From the NCBI GenBank assembly GCA_943787795.1, contig CALSNU010000002.1, positions 640,001 to 704,000 on the forward strand: a DNA stretch of 64,000 bases. Reading direction: 5' to 3'. Numbering within the stretch: the stretch's first letter is position 1; every line of letters begins with the position of its first letter. This DNA comes from an uncultured bacterium. GTDB taxonomy: Bacteria > Planctomycetota > UBA1135 > GCA-002686595. Shown piece after piece: positions 9,425 to 18,709 of this stretch. A model generated the notes under the pieces. It was not told the origin of the DNA. It saw only the letters and a list, made by a program, of their open reading frames with translations, and did no database searches. A program made the position numbers and the translations under genes.

Positions 9425-10519
9425 ATGCGACTGCTCCCTCTCGTCTCCCTGTTGCTTGCTGCCTGCGCCTCCGGACCAGCCACCGTCGAGGACCAGGCAC
9501 CTCCCCTCAACGAGACCTCGTCCGCCGACCTCGTGGAGCCACGGGTCATCTCCCGGGTGGCCTTCGGGTCCTGCGCTCGCGAAGACCGGGACCAGGACAT
9601 CTGGTCGTCGATCGTTGGCGTGGAGCCGGACCTGTTCCTGTTCGCCGGCGACAACGTCTACGTGGACCTGCTCGAGGTGCCGACCCGGCGGGAGGAGTTC
9701 ACGGCCTCCTACGCCGCGCTGGGAGCCAAGCCCGGCTGGCAGGCGCTCCAGGCGACCTGCCCGGTGCTCGCCACCTGGGACGATCATGACTACGGCAAGG
9801 ACGACGCCGGGGTGGAGTGGGCGCTCAAGGGCGTCGCCCAGGAGGCGTTCCTCGACTTCTTCGGGGTGCCCGAGGCCTCGCCGCGCCGCGCTCGGGAGGG
9901 GGTCTATCACTCCTCGCTTCACGGGCCGGAGGGCAGGCGTCTGCAGGTCATCCTGCTCGACACCCGGACCCACCGCACCGCGCTGACCCGCAACCCTGGC
10001 GATCGTGGAGGACGCGGCCCGTATCTCCCCGGGGACCGGCCGGATCAGTCCGTGCTCGGGGCGGAGCAGTGGAGCTGGCTCGAGGACCAGCTCCGGACCC
10101 CCGCCGACCTGCGCCTCATCGTGTCCTCGATCCAGGTGGTGCCCGACGAGCACGGCTGGGAAGGCTGGTGCAACATGCCCGCCGAGCGCGCGCGGCTGTT
10201 CGGCCTCATCGAGGACACCGGCGCCGCAGGCGTGATCTTCCTCAGCGGCGATCGCCACCTGATCGAGCTCTCGCGTCTGGACGGCGGGGCCTATCCGCTC
10301 TGGGACTTCACCTCGTCGGGCTTCAACTGGGGCTCGAAGGCCATCGAGGAGCCCAACCGCTTCCGGGTCGGCCCGGTGATGCGGGTGCCGAACTTCGGGG
10401 TGATCGAGGTCGACTGGGAGCGCGCGGACCCGACGGTGGCGCTGTCCGGCCGCGGCCTCGGTGGCGAGCCGCTGCTGGGCGCCACGATTCCCCTGAGCGC
10501 GCTCCAGCCAAGGCCCTGA
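9425..10519 (+). CDS. phoD: PhoD-like alkaline phosphatase/phosphodiesterase lipoprotein
   Basis: 'VAFGSC', 'GDNVY', 'TWDDHDY', 'LLDTR', 'LGAEQWSWL', 'LSGDRH'. Lipobox LLAAC. Confidence 0.9.
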   Translation: MRLLPLVSLLLAACASGPATVEDQAPPLNETSSADLVEPRVISRVAFGSCAREDRDQDIWSSIVGVEPDLFLFAGDNVYVDLLEVPTRREEFTASYAALGAKPGWQALQATCPVLATWDDHDYGKDDAGVEWALKGVAQEAFLDFFGVPEASPRRAREGVYHSSLHGPEGRRLQVILLDTRTHRTALTRNPGDRGGRGPYLPGDRPDQSVLGAEQWSWLEDQLRTPADLRLIVSSIQVVPDEHGWEGWCNMPAERARLFGLIEDTGAAGVIFLSGDRHLIELSRLDGGAYPLWDFTSSGFNWGSKAIEEPNRFRVGPVMRVPNFGVIEVDWERADPTVALSGRGLGGEPLLGATIPLSALQPRP

Positions 10520-10544
10520 CGCTGGCCGCTATGCTCGGGAGTCC

Positions 10545-11240
10545 ATGAAGTGCTCCACGCTGCCCCCGCTCCTCCTCGCCCTCTCCGCCTGCGCCGCCCC
10601 CCAGCAAGAGACCCGAACCGCCGTGCCTGAAGGGATCAACGACAGCTTCCTGGCCGAGGACGCCGACGTGGACCGCTTCGCGGGCCGCTGGGAACTGGAG
10701 AGCCGCGAGGTGTACGCGAACCGCGAGGAGATCCTCGCGACGCTCCAGATCCAGCCCGGCGAGACCGTGGCGGATATCGGCACGGGGACCGGCCTCTACG
10801 TGGAGCCCTTCGCGGCCGCGGTGGGGCCCGAAGGCCGGGTCCTGGCCGTGGACATCTCCCCGAAGTTCATCTTCCACGTGCGCGAGCGCGCCGAGGCGGC
10901 GGGCCTTGATCAGGTGGAGGTGATGCTCTCCACGGAGCGCTCGGCGGAGCTCCCGGAGGGGTCGGTGGACGTGGCGTTCCTGTGCGACGTCTACCACCAC
11001 TTCGAGTACCACGAGGACATGCTGCGCTCGATCCGCCGCGCCCTGAAGCCGGGCGGCCGCTTCGTCGTCATTGACTTCGACCGCGTGCCCGGCGTGACCC
11101 GCGAGTGGCTCATGGGCCACATCCGCGCCGGCAAGGACGTCTTCGTGGGCGAGATCGAGGCGGCTGGCTTCCGCATCGACCAGGAGATCGAGATCTCCGG
11201 CTTCGAGGAGAACTACTGCGTGCGCTTCATCCGGGACTGA
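10545..11240 (+). CDS. Class I SAM-dependent methyltransferase with lipoprotein signal
   Basis: 'VADIGTGTG', 'VLAVDIS', 'DVYHH', 'LKPGGRF'. Lipobox LALSAC. Confidence 0.88.
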   Translation: MKCSTLPPLLLALSACAAPQQETRTAVPEGINDSFLAEDADVDRFAGRWELESREVYANREEILATLQIQPGETVADIGTGTGLYVEPFAAAVGPEGRVLAVDISPKFIFHVRERAEAAGLDQVEVMLSTERSAELPEGSVDVAFLCDVYHHFEYHEDMLRSIRRALKPGGRFVVIDFDRVPGVTREWLMGHIRAGKDVFVGEIEAAGFRIDQEIEISGFEENYCVRFIRD

Positions 11241-11337
11241 GGAGCAGCGCGAGCCGCGGTCGATTCGCGCCGCGATGCGACCTCCTCAGCGGGACTTTGG
11301 CCCGCCTCGGGCCGTCTGGGCCGATGATGTGGTGGTC

Positions 11338-12363
11338 ATGAGGAACCTGCGAACACGCCTGCGCGCTGCCATGCGCCCCGTGCTCTCCCGAGCCATCCCT
11401 GCCCTGTTGGGCGTCGCCGCCCTCGTCGGCGGCGCCCACGCGGTCGCGGCCGAGTCGGACCGCCTCCTGCCGAACCTGGCGCTGCCGACCCTGGGCGGGA
11501 GCCAGCTCTGGGCGGACCTCGCTGTTGACGGTGGCTGGCGCGTTCAGCGCCACGTGTGGACCGGGCACGCTCGCCTCCTGGACGGGGACAACGTGCGCCG
11601 GGCATGGGGCTCCAAGGCGGCCTGCCTCGCGGCCCTGCGTGACCACGGCAAGGCGGTGGAGGGCCATGGGCGCCCGGTGGTGGTGGTGCTCCACGGGCTG
11701 TGGCGGACCCGCCGCTCCATGTCGTCCCTCGCGGCCTCCTTCCGGGGAGCGGGCTACGAGGTGATCGACGTCACCTACCCGAGCGCCCGCGCGTCCATCA
11801 AGGAGCACGCGGCCCAGGTCGCAGGAATCTTGGACCGACTGAGCGGCTCGGATCGCGAGGTCTCCTTCGTGACCCACAGCCTCGGGGCGCTCGTGACCCG
11901 CCAACTGCTCGCCCGCGAGGGGGACCCCTGGAGGGGCCGCCACCGGGTGCACCGCGCCGTGTTCATCGCGCCCCCCAACCGGGGCGCGCGCCTGGCGGAG
12001 ATCGGTCGGAAGGTCCCGCTGCTCTCGTGGATTTACGGCGAGCCCATGCGGCAGATCGCGGGCGGCTTCGCCCGTGAGCTGGCGGGGCCGGGGATCCCCT
12101 TCGCCACCATCGCCGGCGGCTGCGGGGACGATGAGGGCTGGAACCCCTTGATCCCCGGGGACGACGACGGCGTGGTGGCCGTGGCCGAGACCCGCCTCCG
12201 GGGCGCCGCGGGTGAGCTGGTCGTGCGCAGGCTCCACACGACGATCATGAAGGACCCCGCGGCCATCGACGCGGCCGTCGAGTTCATCCAGCGGGGGGTG
12301 TTCCCCGCCAGCGGGGCGGCCGCAACGGGGACGGCTCCGGCGGCGCCGAAGCGGTCCAGGTGA
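11338..12363 (+). CDS. Secreted alpha/beta hydrolase (esterase/lipase)
   Basis: 'VVLHGL', nucleophile elbow 'THSLG', 'DDGVV', 'LHT'. Start is 11338 or 11371. Confidence 0.85.
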   Translation: MRNLRTRLRAAMRPVLSRAIPALLGVAALVGGAHAVAAESDRLLPNLALPTLGGSQLWADLAVDGGWRVQRHVWTGHARLLDGDNVRRAWGSKAACLAALRDHGKAVEGHGRPVVVVLHGLWRTRRSMSSLAASFRGAGYEVIDVTYPSARASIKEHAAQVAGILDRLSGSDREVSFVTHSLGALVTRQLLAREGDPWRGRHRVHRAVFIAPPNRGARLAEIGRKVPLLSWIYGEPMRQIAGGFARELAGPGIPFATIAGGCGDDEGWNPLIPGDDDGVVAVAETRLRGAAGELVVRRLHTTIMKDPAAIDAAVEFIQRGVFPASGAAATGTAPAAPKRSR

Positions 12364-12418
12364 GCCGCTGAACCCCGGCGTGGGGCGGCCTTGGACCTAG
12401 GCCTGTCGCCCCATGGGT

Positions 12419-14125
12419 TCAGTCGCGCTGGAAGAGGACCTCGCCGCCGACGACGGTGAGGTCCACGCGGGCGTCGAGGATCTCGTCGTCGGGGCAGGCG
12501 AGGATGTCCTTGGAGAGGACGACGACGTCGGCGAGCTTGCCGGGCTCGAGGGAGCCCTTGAGGTCCTCCTCGAAGGCGGAGTAGGCGCAGGCGATGGTGT
12601 AGGAGCGCAGGGCCTCCATGCGGGTCATGCGCTGGTCCGGGAAGAAGACCATGCCGTCGGAGCGCCTGCGGGTGACCGTGGAGTAGTAGCTCGCGATGGG
12701 ATCGAGGTCCTCCACCGGGGCGTCGGTGCCGTTGGTGACCACGGCGCCCGAGTCCAGGAGGTCGCGCCACATGTAGGCGCCGCTCTTCGCGCGCTCGGGG
12801 CCAAGGCGCCGCAGGACCCAGGGGGCGTCCGAGGTGCAGTGGACGCCCTGCATGGCCGCGATGACGCCGAGCTGGGCGAAGCGTGGGAGGTCGTCGGGGT
12901 GGATGTGCTGGGCGTGCTCCACGCGCCAGCGCAGGTCGGCCTTGCCGCCCTCTCCGTCGGGCGCTTCAGGCAAGAAGCGCTCGAAGATGTCGAGGGTCTC
13001 GCGGTTGGCGCGGTCGCCGATGGCGTGCACGCACAGCTGGACGTCGTGCTCGAGGGCGAGCCGGGCGCAGGCCTCGACCTCGTCGATGGGGACGGTGTTC
13101 AGGCCGGCGCTGGTCGTGAGGTCGGCGTAGGGCTCCAGGAGCCACGCGCCGTGGGAGCCCAGGGCGCCGTCGATGGAGCGCTTGATGCCGCGCACCGTGA
13201 GGTGGTGGTTGGCGTGGCCGACCACGCGCGTCGCGGCGAGCCGCTCGGTGAGCTCGGCCACGGGCTCGCGGAGCATCATCCACACGCGCACGTCGAGCTC
13301 GCCGCGGTCGGCCATGCGGCGCAGGAGCTCAGCGTCCTCGAAGGAGCTGCCCGCGTCCTGGAAGGAGGTCACGCCCTTGCGCAGGCACTCCTCCACGGCG
13401 TAGGCGGCCATCTCGCGCGGGTCCGCGCCGCGGGAGCGGAGGTAGGCCGGCTCCAGCAGGTAGGCCGCCGTCTCGCGGAGGGCGCCGGTGGGGGCGCCGC
13501 CTGGGTCGCGGATGATCTCGCCTCCCTCCGGCGGCACGGTGTCCCCGTCGATGCCGCTGAGCTCCATGGCCTTGGCGTTCGCGAAGGCGGCGTGTCCGCT
13601 GGCGTGGGTCAGGATCACCGGGTGCTCGGGGGAGGCGGCGGAGAGGTCCTCGTGGCGGGGCAGCCCGTCGATGGCGCCGCGGGGGGCGGTGGTCCACTTC
13701 TCCTGGTGCCAGCCGCGGCCGCGGATGAGGGTCCCGGGCTCGAGGGTGGCGGCGGCCTTGGCCACCAGCGCGACGATCTCGTCCCAGGTCTTGGCCTGGC
13801 GCAGGTCGAGCTGCATGGCCGAGTCGCCCACGCCGAGGAAGTGGCCGTGCCCCTCGATGAAGCCGGGGATCGCGAGGCGCCCCTCAAGGTCGATAACCCG
13901 CGTCTGCTCGCCGATCAGCCGTCGGATCTCCTCCTCGCTCCCCACGGCGAGGACGCGGTCCCCGCGCATGGCGATGGACTGCCCCTCGGTGCGGTTGGGG
14001 TCCACGGTGACCACGCGGCCGCCCGCGAGGACGAGGTCAGCCAGCTGGCCGGGGCCGCCTTCCTGGAGGCTGGCTCCGGAGACAGGGAGGGAGAGGAAGA
14101 GCGCGGTCAGGGGGGCGAGGATCAT
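12419..14125 (-). CDS. Secreted amidohydrolase-3 (YtcJ-like) metal-dependent hydrolase
   Basis: 'IPGFIEGHGH', 'HAIGDRAN', 'RVEHAQH', 'GTDAPVE', 'GSLEPGKLAD'. ATG at 14125 with a signal peptide. Confidence 0.92.
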   Translation of the reverse strand: MILAPLTALFLSLPVSGASLQEGGPGQLADLVLAGGRVVTVDPNRTEGQSIAMRGDRVLAVGSEEEIRRLIGEQTRVIDLEGRLAIPGFIEGHGHFLGVGDSAMQLDLRQAKTWDEIVALVAKAAATLEPGTLIRGRGWHQEKWTTAPRGAIDGLPRHEDLSAASPEHPVILTHASGHAAFANAKAMELSGIDGDTVPPEGGEIIRDPGGAPTGALRETAAYLLEPAYLRSRGADPREMAAYAVEECLRKGVTSFQDAGSSFEDAELLRRMADRGELDVRVWMMLREPVAELTERLAATRVVGHANHHLTVRGIKRSIDGALGSHGAWLLEPYADLTTSAGLNTVPIDEVEACARLALEHDVQLCVHAIGDRANRETLDIFERFLPEAPDGEGGKADLRWRVEHAQHIHPDDLPRFAQLGVIAAMQGVHCTSDAPWVLRRLGPERAKSGAYMWRDLLDSGAVVTNGTDAPVEDLDPIASYYSTVTRRRSDGMVFFPDQRMTRMEALRSYTIACAYSAFEEDLKGSLEPGKLADVVVLSKDILACPDDEILDARVDLTVVGGEVLFQRD

Positions 14126-14192
14126 CGGGGGGCTCCGTCGTGGTGGACGGTTCGAGGATAGCGACCCGCGGCCTCGCCGCTCGATTCCCGGC

Positions 14193-14237
14193 GGCCCGCC
14201 CTCTGGAGGCCCGCCCTCTGGGGGCCCGCCCTCAGGG
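14193..14237. repeat. Three 15-bp tandem repeats GGCCCGCCCTCWGGR
   Basis: Read directly. The third unit contains the cytochrome c stop codon. Confidence 0.85.
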
Positions 14238-14576
14238 AGTGCGGCCCGCGGCCTCGAAGACGTAGGACGCAACGTCCTCCATCTCGCCGGCCTTGAGCAC
14301 CTCCTTCTGCGTCGGCATCACGCCGACGCCCTGCTGGACCGAGCGCAGGATCTTGTCGCGGGAGGGGCGCATCACGTCGAGGTTTGGGCCCACGTTGGCG
14401 ACGGTGCCCGCGTCCTTGAGCGTGTGGCAGGTGCCGCACTTGGGCTCGGAGTGCTTCAGGAACACCTCTCGGCCCCGGAGGGCCGCCTTGCTGAAGGGCT
14501 TGGGGCCGTCACTGCACGAGACGGAGGCGCTGGCCGCCGCGAGGGCGGCCAGGGCGAGGGCGGAGGCGAGTCGCAT
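14232..14576 (-). CDS. sorU: SorU-like monoheme cytochrome c
   Basis: CGTCH heme motif, 'VGPNLD', axial Met in 'GVMP'. Starts 4 bp after the Mo-enzyme stop. Confidence 0.85.
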   Translation of the reverse strand: MRLASALALAALAAASASVSCSDGPKPFSKAALRGREVFLKHSEPKCGTCHTLKDAGTVANVGPNLDVMRPSRDKILRSVQQGVGVMPTQKEVLKAGEMEDVASYVFEAAGRTP

Positions 14577-14580
14577 GGGC

Positions 14581-15774
14581 TCAGCCGACGTTGACGGTGA
14601 TGCTCGGGTCGCTCCAGCCGTTGTGGGCGTACCCGCGGTGGTTCTCGACCCGCTTCTCCGGCTGGACCTTCCCGTCCGCGGAGGTGGCGCGAGAGGCGAT
14701 CTGGTGCTGGCCCGGAGAGGCGTCCCAGCGGTAGCTGAACCGGCGCCATGCGTAGGGGCCCATATCCGTGCCGACCATTTCGGCGGGGGCCCAGTTCGCG
14801 CCGCCGTCGGTGGAGACCTCCACCGATTGAATGGGTGACTCGCCGCAGAACGCGACCCCGGTCACGTCCACGATGCCGACCTTGAGCGCCTTGTCGCCGA
14901 GGGGGTCGTCGACCCAGGACTTCACGTTCATGGCCCACATGGAGGGCTGGTCCGCCGCGCCCTTCTCGCCGATGGGGCGGACGCGGTACTTGGACACCTG
15001 GATCTTGGCGTCGGACTCCTCGGCGGTGGCGGCGAGGCGCTTGAGGTACTTGACGTTGTTGACCCCGTAGAAGCCGGGCACCACGAGGCGCAGGGGGCCG
15101 CCGTGGGAGATGTTCACGGGCTCACCGTTCAGCTCCCAGGCGAGGATGGCGTCCTCCATTCCCTTCTCGAGCGGGATAGAGCGTTCGACCACGAGGTCCC
15201 GCTCGTTCAGCGCGGCGGGGATCGCCTCACCGCCGGTCCCTGTCAGGAATTTCGTGCCGCTGGCAGCTCCGCCCATGGCCTCGAGGACCTTCTTCACAGG
15301 CACCCCGGTCCACTGCACGTTGGCCGCGGCGCCGACGCCCCATGCCGAGCCTGAGGGGCCGTGCTCGAAGAAGAAGCGCCCGTTGCCCGAGCACTGCAGC
15401 ACGGCGGTGATCGTGGTGGAGCCCAGGGCCTTGAGCTCCTTGATGGTCATCGAGCCGGGGTTCGCGACCCCGTCGATCTCCAGGGACCAGGCGTCAGGGT
15501 CCTTGAGGATGGCCTTATCCGGGAAGCCGAGGTTGCCCCGGACGAAGACCTTGTCCGTGGGGGTGATCTCGTCCCGCAGCACGCTCCGCTTGGACTCGAT
15601 GGTCATCGGCCCGTGGACGATGAAGTTCTTCGGGTCCATGCCGTCGGGCAGCATGGTCACGCTCTCGCTGACCTCGGACCCGCAGGAGGCGAACCAGAGG
15701 GCCCCGGCGGCGACGCCGAGGGTGGAGCCGAGGAAGCGACGGCGGTCCTGGAGGAGGCGTGATGCGGGCGTCAT
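14581..15774 (-). CDS. sorT: Sulfite oxidase-family molybdoenzyme (SorT-like sulfite dehydrogenase)
   Basis: Tat motif 'RRRFLG', Mo-ligand Cys in 'LQCSGNGR', 'HGGPLRLVVPGFYGVNNVKYL', and a C-terminal dimerisation domain 'VEVSTDGG'. Confidence 0.9.
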   Translation of the reverse strand: MTPASRLLQDRRRFLGSTLGVAAGALWFASCGSEVSESVTMLPDGMDPKNFIVHGPMTIESKRSVLRDEITPTDKVFVRGNLGFPDKAILKDPDAWSLEIDGVANPGSMTIKELKALGSTTITAVLQCSGNGRFFFEHGPSGSAWGVGAAANVQWTGVPVKKVLEAMGGAASGTKFLTGTGGEAIPAALNERDLVVERSIPLEKGMEDAILAWELNGEPVNISHGGPLRLVVPGFYGVNNVKYLKRLAATAEESDAKIQVSKYRVRPIGEKGAADQPSMWAMNVKSWVDDPLGDKALKVGIVDVTGVAFCGESPIQSVEVSTDGGANWAPAEMVGTDMGPYAWRRFSYRWDASPGQHQIASRATSADGKVQPEKRVENHRGYAHNGWSDPSITVNVG

Positions 15775-16012
15775 GGGCGATGTGGGAAGGGGGCCGGAGA
15801 CCCACGGGGCGATGGGGCCGCCGAGGGGCGACCGAATGTACGCGAAGGGTCACAGGTGCGCTCAGGGAGTGTCCGGAGGTCCTGCAAATCGGCGACCCGG
15901 TTCGCGTGGCGATCCGGATTGCGACCGGCGACCCGGAGGGGGTCGCCCGCCTGCATCCAGCCGCGGGCCCCGTGCGATTTGTCACAGGTAGCCCCGCAAC
16001 CCTCCCGCTGAC

Positions 16013-17326
16013 ATGACCATCCTCACTCTCCTCGCGCTCCTCCCCATTTCCGGAGTCCCCTCGGCCACCGTTCACGTGCCCGTCGCGTCCACTCCCGACG
16101 CCACTGCGGCGGATGAGGTGAAGGACTACACCGTCTGGAACCAGTGGCGAGGCGCCGCTCGCAACGGGGTCGTCGGTGGGCAGGAGTGGCCCGCGACCCT
16201 GACCCAGGAGAACGTGACCGAGGTCTGGTCCATCAAGGACCTCGGCGACAGCTACGCGACGCCCCTGGTCGCCGGGGACCGTGTGTTCACGGTCTCCACC
16301 GTCGACAAGAAGCAGGAGGTCGCTCAGGCCTACGACCGTAAGACCGGCGAGGAGGTCTGGGAGACCCGCTGGGACGGCGCCATGAAGGTGCCCTTCTTCG
16401 CCGCGAAGAACGGCTCCTGGATCCGCAGCACCCCGGCCTTCGATGGGGAGGCCCTCTACATCGGCGGCATGCGCGACGTCGTGGTCTGCCTGAACGCCAG
16501 CGACGGCTCGGTGCGCTGGCGCGTGGACTTCGTGAAGGAGTTCGACGCCAAGATGCCCTCCTTCGGGCTGGTGTGCTCGCCGCTGATCGTGGGGGACGCC
16601 CTCTACATCCAGGCCGGCGAGTCCATCGCGCGCCTCGACAAGGACACCGGTGAGACGGTCTGGCGCTCCACCGGCGGCAGCAACGCGGGGGGTATGGACA
16701 GCGCCTTCAGCTCGCCCATCCTGACCACCCTCGCGGGGCGCGAGCAGCTGGTGGTCCAGTCCCGTAGCCACCTCAGCGGCATGGACCCCGAGACCGGCGA
16801 TGAGCTGTGGACCCAGCCGGTGAAGGCCTTCCGCGGCATGAACATCCTCACGCCCCAGCCCTACGGCGACGCGATCTTCACGTCAGCCTACGGCGGCCGT
16901 GCGCACCTCTACTCCGTCGCCAAGGGCGAAGAGGGGATGGAGGTCAACGAGGCCTGGACCGCCAGAGCCCAGGCCTACATGACCTCCCCCGTCGTCGTCG
17001 GGAGCCACGCCTTCCTCTTCCTGCGGAGCAACCGCTTCACCTGCGTCGGCCTCGAGGAGGGCACGGACGGCTGGGTCTCCGGGCCCACCGGGGACGAGTA
17101 CTGGTCGCTGGTGGCCCAGGGCAAGCGCATCCTGGCCCTCGCCAACACGGGCTCCCTGCGCCTGATCAACGCCGACCCCGCCGAGTACGACGTGGCAGGC
17201 GAAGTTGATCTGGTCGAGGGCCCCAGCTGGGGCCACCTCGCCGTGACCGCCCCGGTCGAGGGAGAGGCGGGCACGATGATCTTCGTGCGCGCCCAGAACT
17301 CCCTGCACGCCTTCAGCTGGAAGTGA
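16013..17326 (+). CDS. PQQ-like beta-propeller protein (BamB-like family)
   Basis: Signal peptide, 'WNQWRG', 'YATPLV', and repeated 'D..TGE..W' blades. Confidence 0.88.
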   Translation: MTILTLLALLPISGVPSATVHVPVASTPDATAADEVKDYTVWNQWRGAARNGVVGGQEWPATLTQENVTEVWSIKDLGDSYATPLVAGDRVFTVSTVDKKQEVAQAYDRKTGEEVWETRWDGAMKVPFFAAKNGSWIRSTPAFDGEALYIGGMRDVVVCLNASDGSVRWRVDFVKEFDAKMPSFGLVCSPLIVGDALYIQAGESIARLDKDTGETVWRSTGGSNAGGMDSAFSSPILTTLAGREQLVVQSRSHLSGMDPETGDELWTQPVKAFRGMNILTPQPYGDAIFTSAYGGRAHLYSVAKGEEGMEVNEAWTARAQAYMTSPVVVGSHAFLFLRSNRFTCVGLEEGTDGWVSGPTGDEYWSLVAQGKRILALANTGSLRLINADPAEYDVAGEVDLVEGPSWGHLAVTAPVEGEAGTMIFVRAQNSLHAFSWK

Positions 17327-17354
17327 TTCCACGGCCCCTGGGCCACCCATCCCC

Positions 17355-18686
17355 ATGATCCTCTCCCTACTCGTCGCGGCGCCCGCCGCCCTCGCGCCCC
17401 TCCAGGACGCCACCTGGCCGTCCTTCCGCGGCCCCTCTGGCAACGGGGTCGTCGCGGCGCACCCGCTCCGCTGGAACGACGAGGAAAACCTCGCGTGGAA
17501 GGTCGAGGTGCCCGGCGGCGGCTGGTCCTCCCCCGTGGTCGTCGAGGACCGGGTCTTCATCACCACGGCGGTGCAGCCGGACAAGGAGGGGGGCGGCCGG
17601 CCCCTGGGCTTCATGGGCGGCGTGCGCATGCCCGAGAGCCGCGGCGGCGGCGCGAAGGCGCCTGAGAAGCCCATGTCCTTCCAGGTTCGGGCTTACTCCC
17701 TGGAGAGCGGTGAGCTGGTCTTCGAGAAGGAGCTCGCCAGCCGCGCCCCGGCCCACGGGATCCACCCCTGCAACACCTACGCCACCGAGTCCCCCGCCAC
17801 CGACGGTGAGCGGGTGGTGTGCTACTTCGGCGCCATCGGCCTGGTGGCCTGCGTGGACCTCGAGGGCGAGCTGATCTGGGAGCAGGAGCTCGGCATGTTC
17901 GAGATGAACGCCGACTTCGGGACCGGGAGCGCGCTCGCGATCGGCGGCGGCAACGTCTTCATCCAGAACGACAACAACGAGTCGAGCTTCGTGGTCGCCT
18001 TCAGCATGGAGGACGGCAAGCAGGCCTGGCGCGTGGAGCGGCCGAAGGGCACCGCCTGGGCCAGCCCCACCATGTGGACCCACGGGGACGCCACCGACCT
18101 TGTGGTCTGCGGCCCCGACTCGGTGACCGGCTACGCGCCCAACAGCGGAGACGTCCGCTGGCGCGTGGAGGGCATCGGCGGCACCTTCAGCGCTTCGGCG
18201 GCGGCCTCCGGCGACCGCCTGATCTTTGGCAACAGCGCCCAGATGCGCCGCGGCCCCCTGATCGCCATCGACGCCACGGTCGACGGCGTGGTGGACGTGG
18301 ACGCGGAGGACGAAGAGAGCCCCGTGCTCTGGAACATCGGCCGCGCCGGCCCGGGCTTCTCGTCGCCCGTGACGGTCAACGGCCTCGTGTGGGTCGCCAA
18401 CTCCCAGGGCATCCTGACCTGCCGCGACGCGGCCACCGGAGAGGAGCTCTACGACGAGCGGCTCCCCGGCCTGCGCAACGTGGTGTCCTGCCCGTGGACC
18501 GACGGCGAGCACGTGTTCGTCCTCTCCGAGGGCGGCACCACCGTCGCCGTGAAGGCCGCGCGTGAGTTCGAGATCGTGGCCACCAACGAGGTGGACGGGA
18601 TCTTCTGGGGCACGCCTTCCGCGGCGGAGGGCAGCCTGCTCTTGCGCAGCGCCGACTCTCTCATCTGCGTCCGCGCCAAGGACTGA
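17355..18686 (+). CDS. PQQ-like beta-propeller protein (BamB-like family)
   Basis: 'WPSFRGP', 'WKVEVPGGGWSSPVV', 'YATESPATDG', and repeated blades. Confidence 0.88.
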   Translation: MILSLLVAAPAALAPLQDATWPSFRGPSGNGVVAAHPLRWNDEENLAWKVEVPGGGWSSPVVVEDRVFITTAVQPDKEGGGRPLGFMGGVRMPESRGGGAKAPEKPMSFQVRAYSLESGELVFEKELASRAPAHGIHPCNTYATESPATDGERVVCYFGAIGLVACVDLEGELIWEQELGMFEMNADFGTGSALAIGGGNVFIQNDNNESSFVVAFSMEDGKQAWRVERPKGTAWASPTMWTHGDATDLVVCGPDSVTGYAPNSGDVRWRVEGIGGTFSASAAASGDRLIFGNSAQMRRGPLIAIDATVDGVVDVDAEDEESPVLWNIGRAGPGFSSPVTVNGLVWVANSQGILTCRDAATGEELYDERLPGLRNVVSCPWTDGEHVFVLSEGGTTVAVKAAREFEIVATNEVDGIFWGTPSAAEGSLLLRSADSLICVRAKD

Positions 18687-18709
18687 GCGCCCCCAGCTGC
18701 GCCGGCCGC

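Noticed and set aside
15775..16012. Moco riboswitch upstream of the molybdoenzyme
   Set aside because: I could not recognise the conserved elements by eye. An Infernal scan would settle it.
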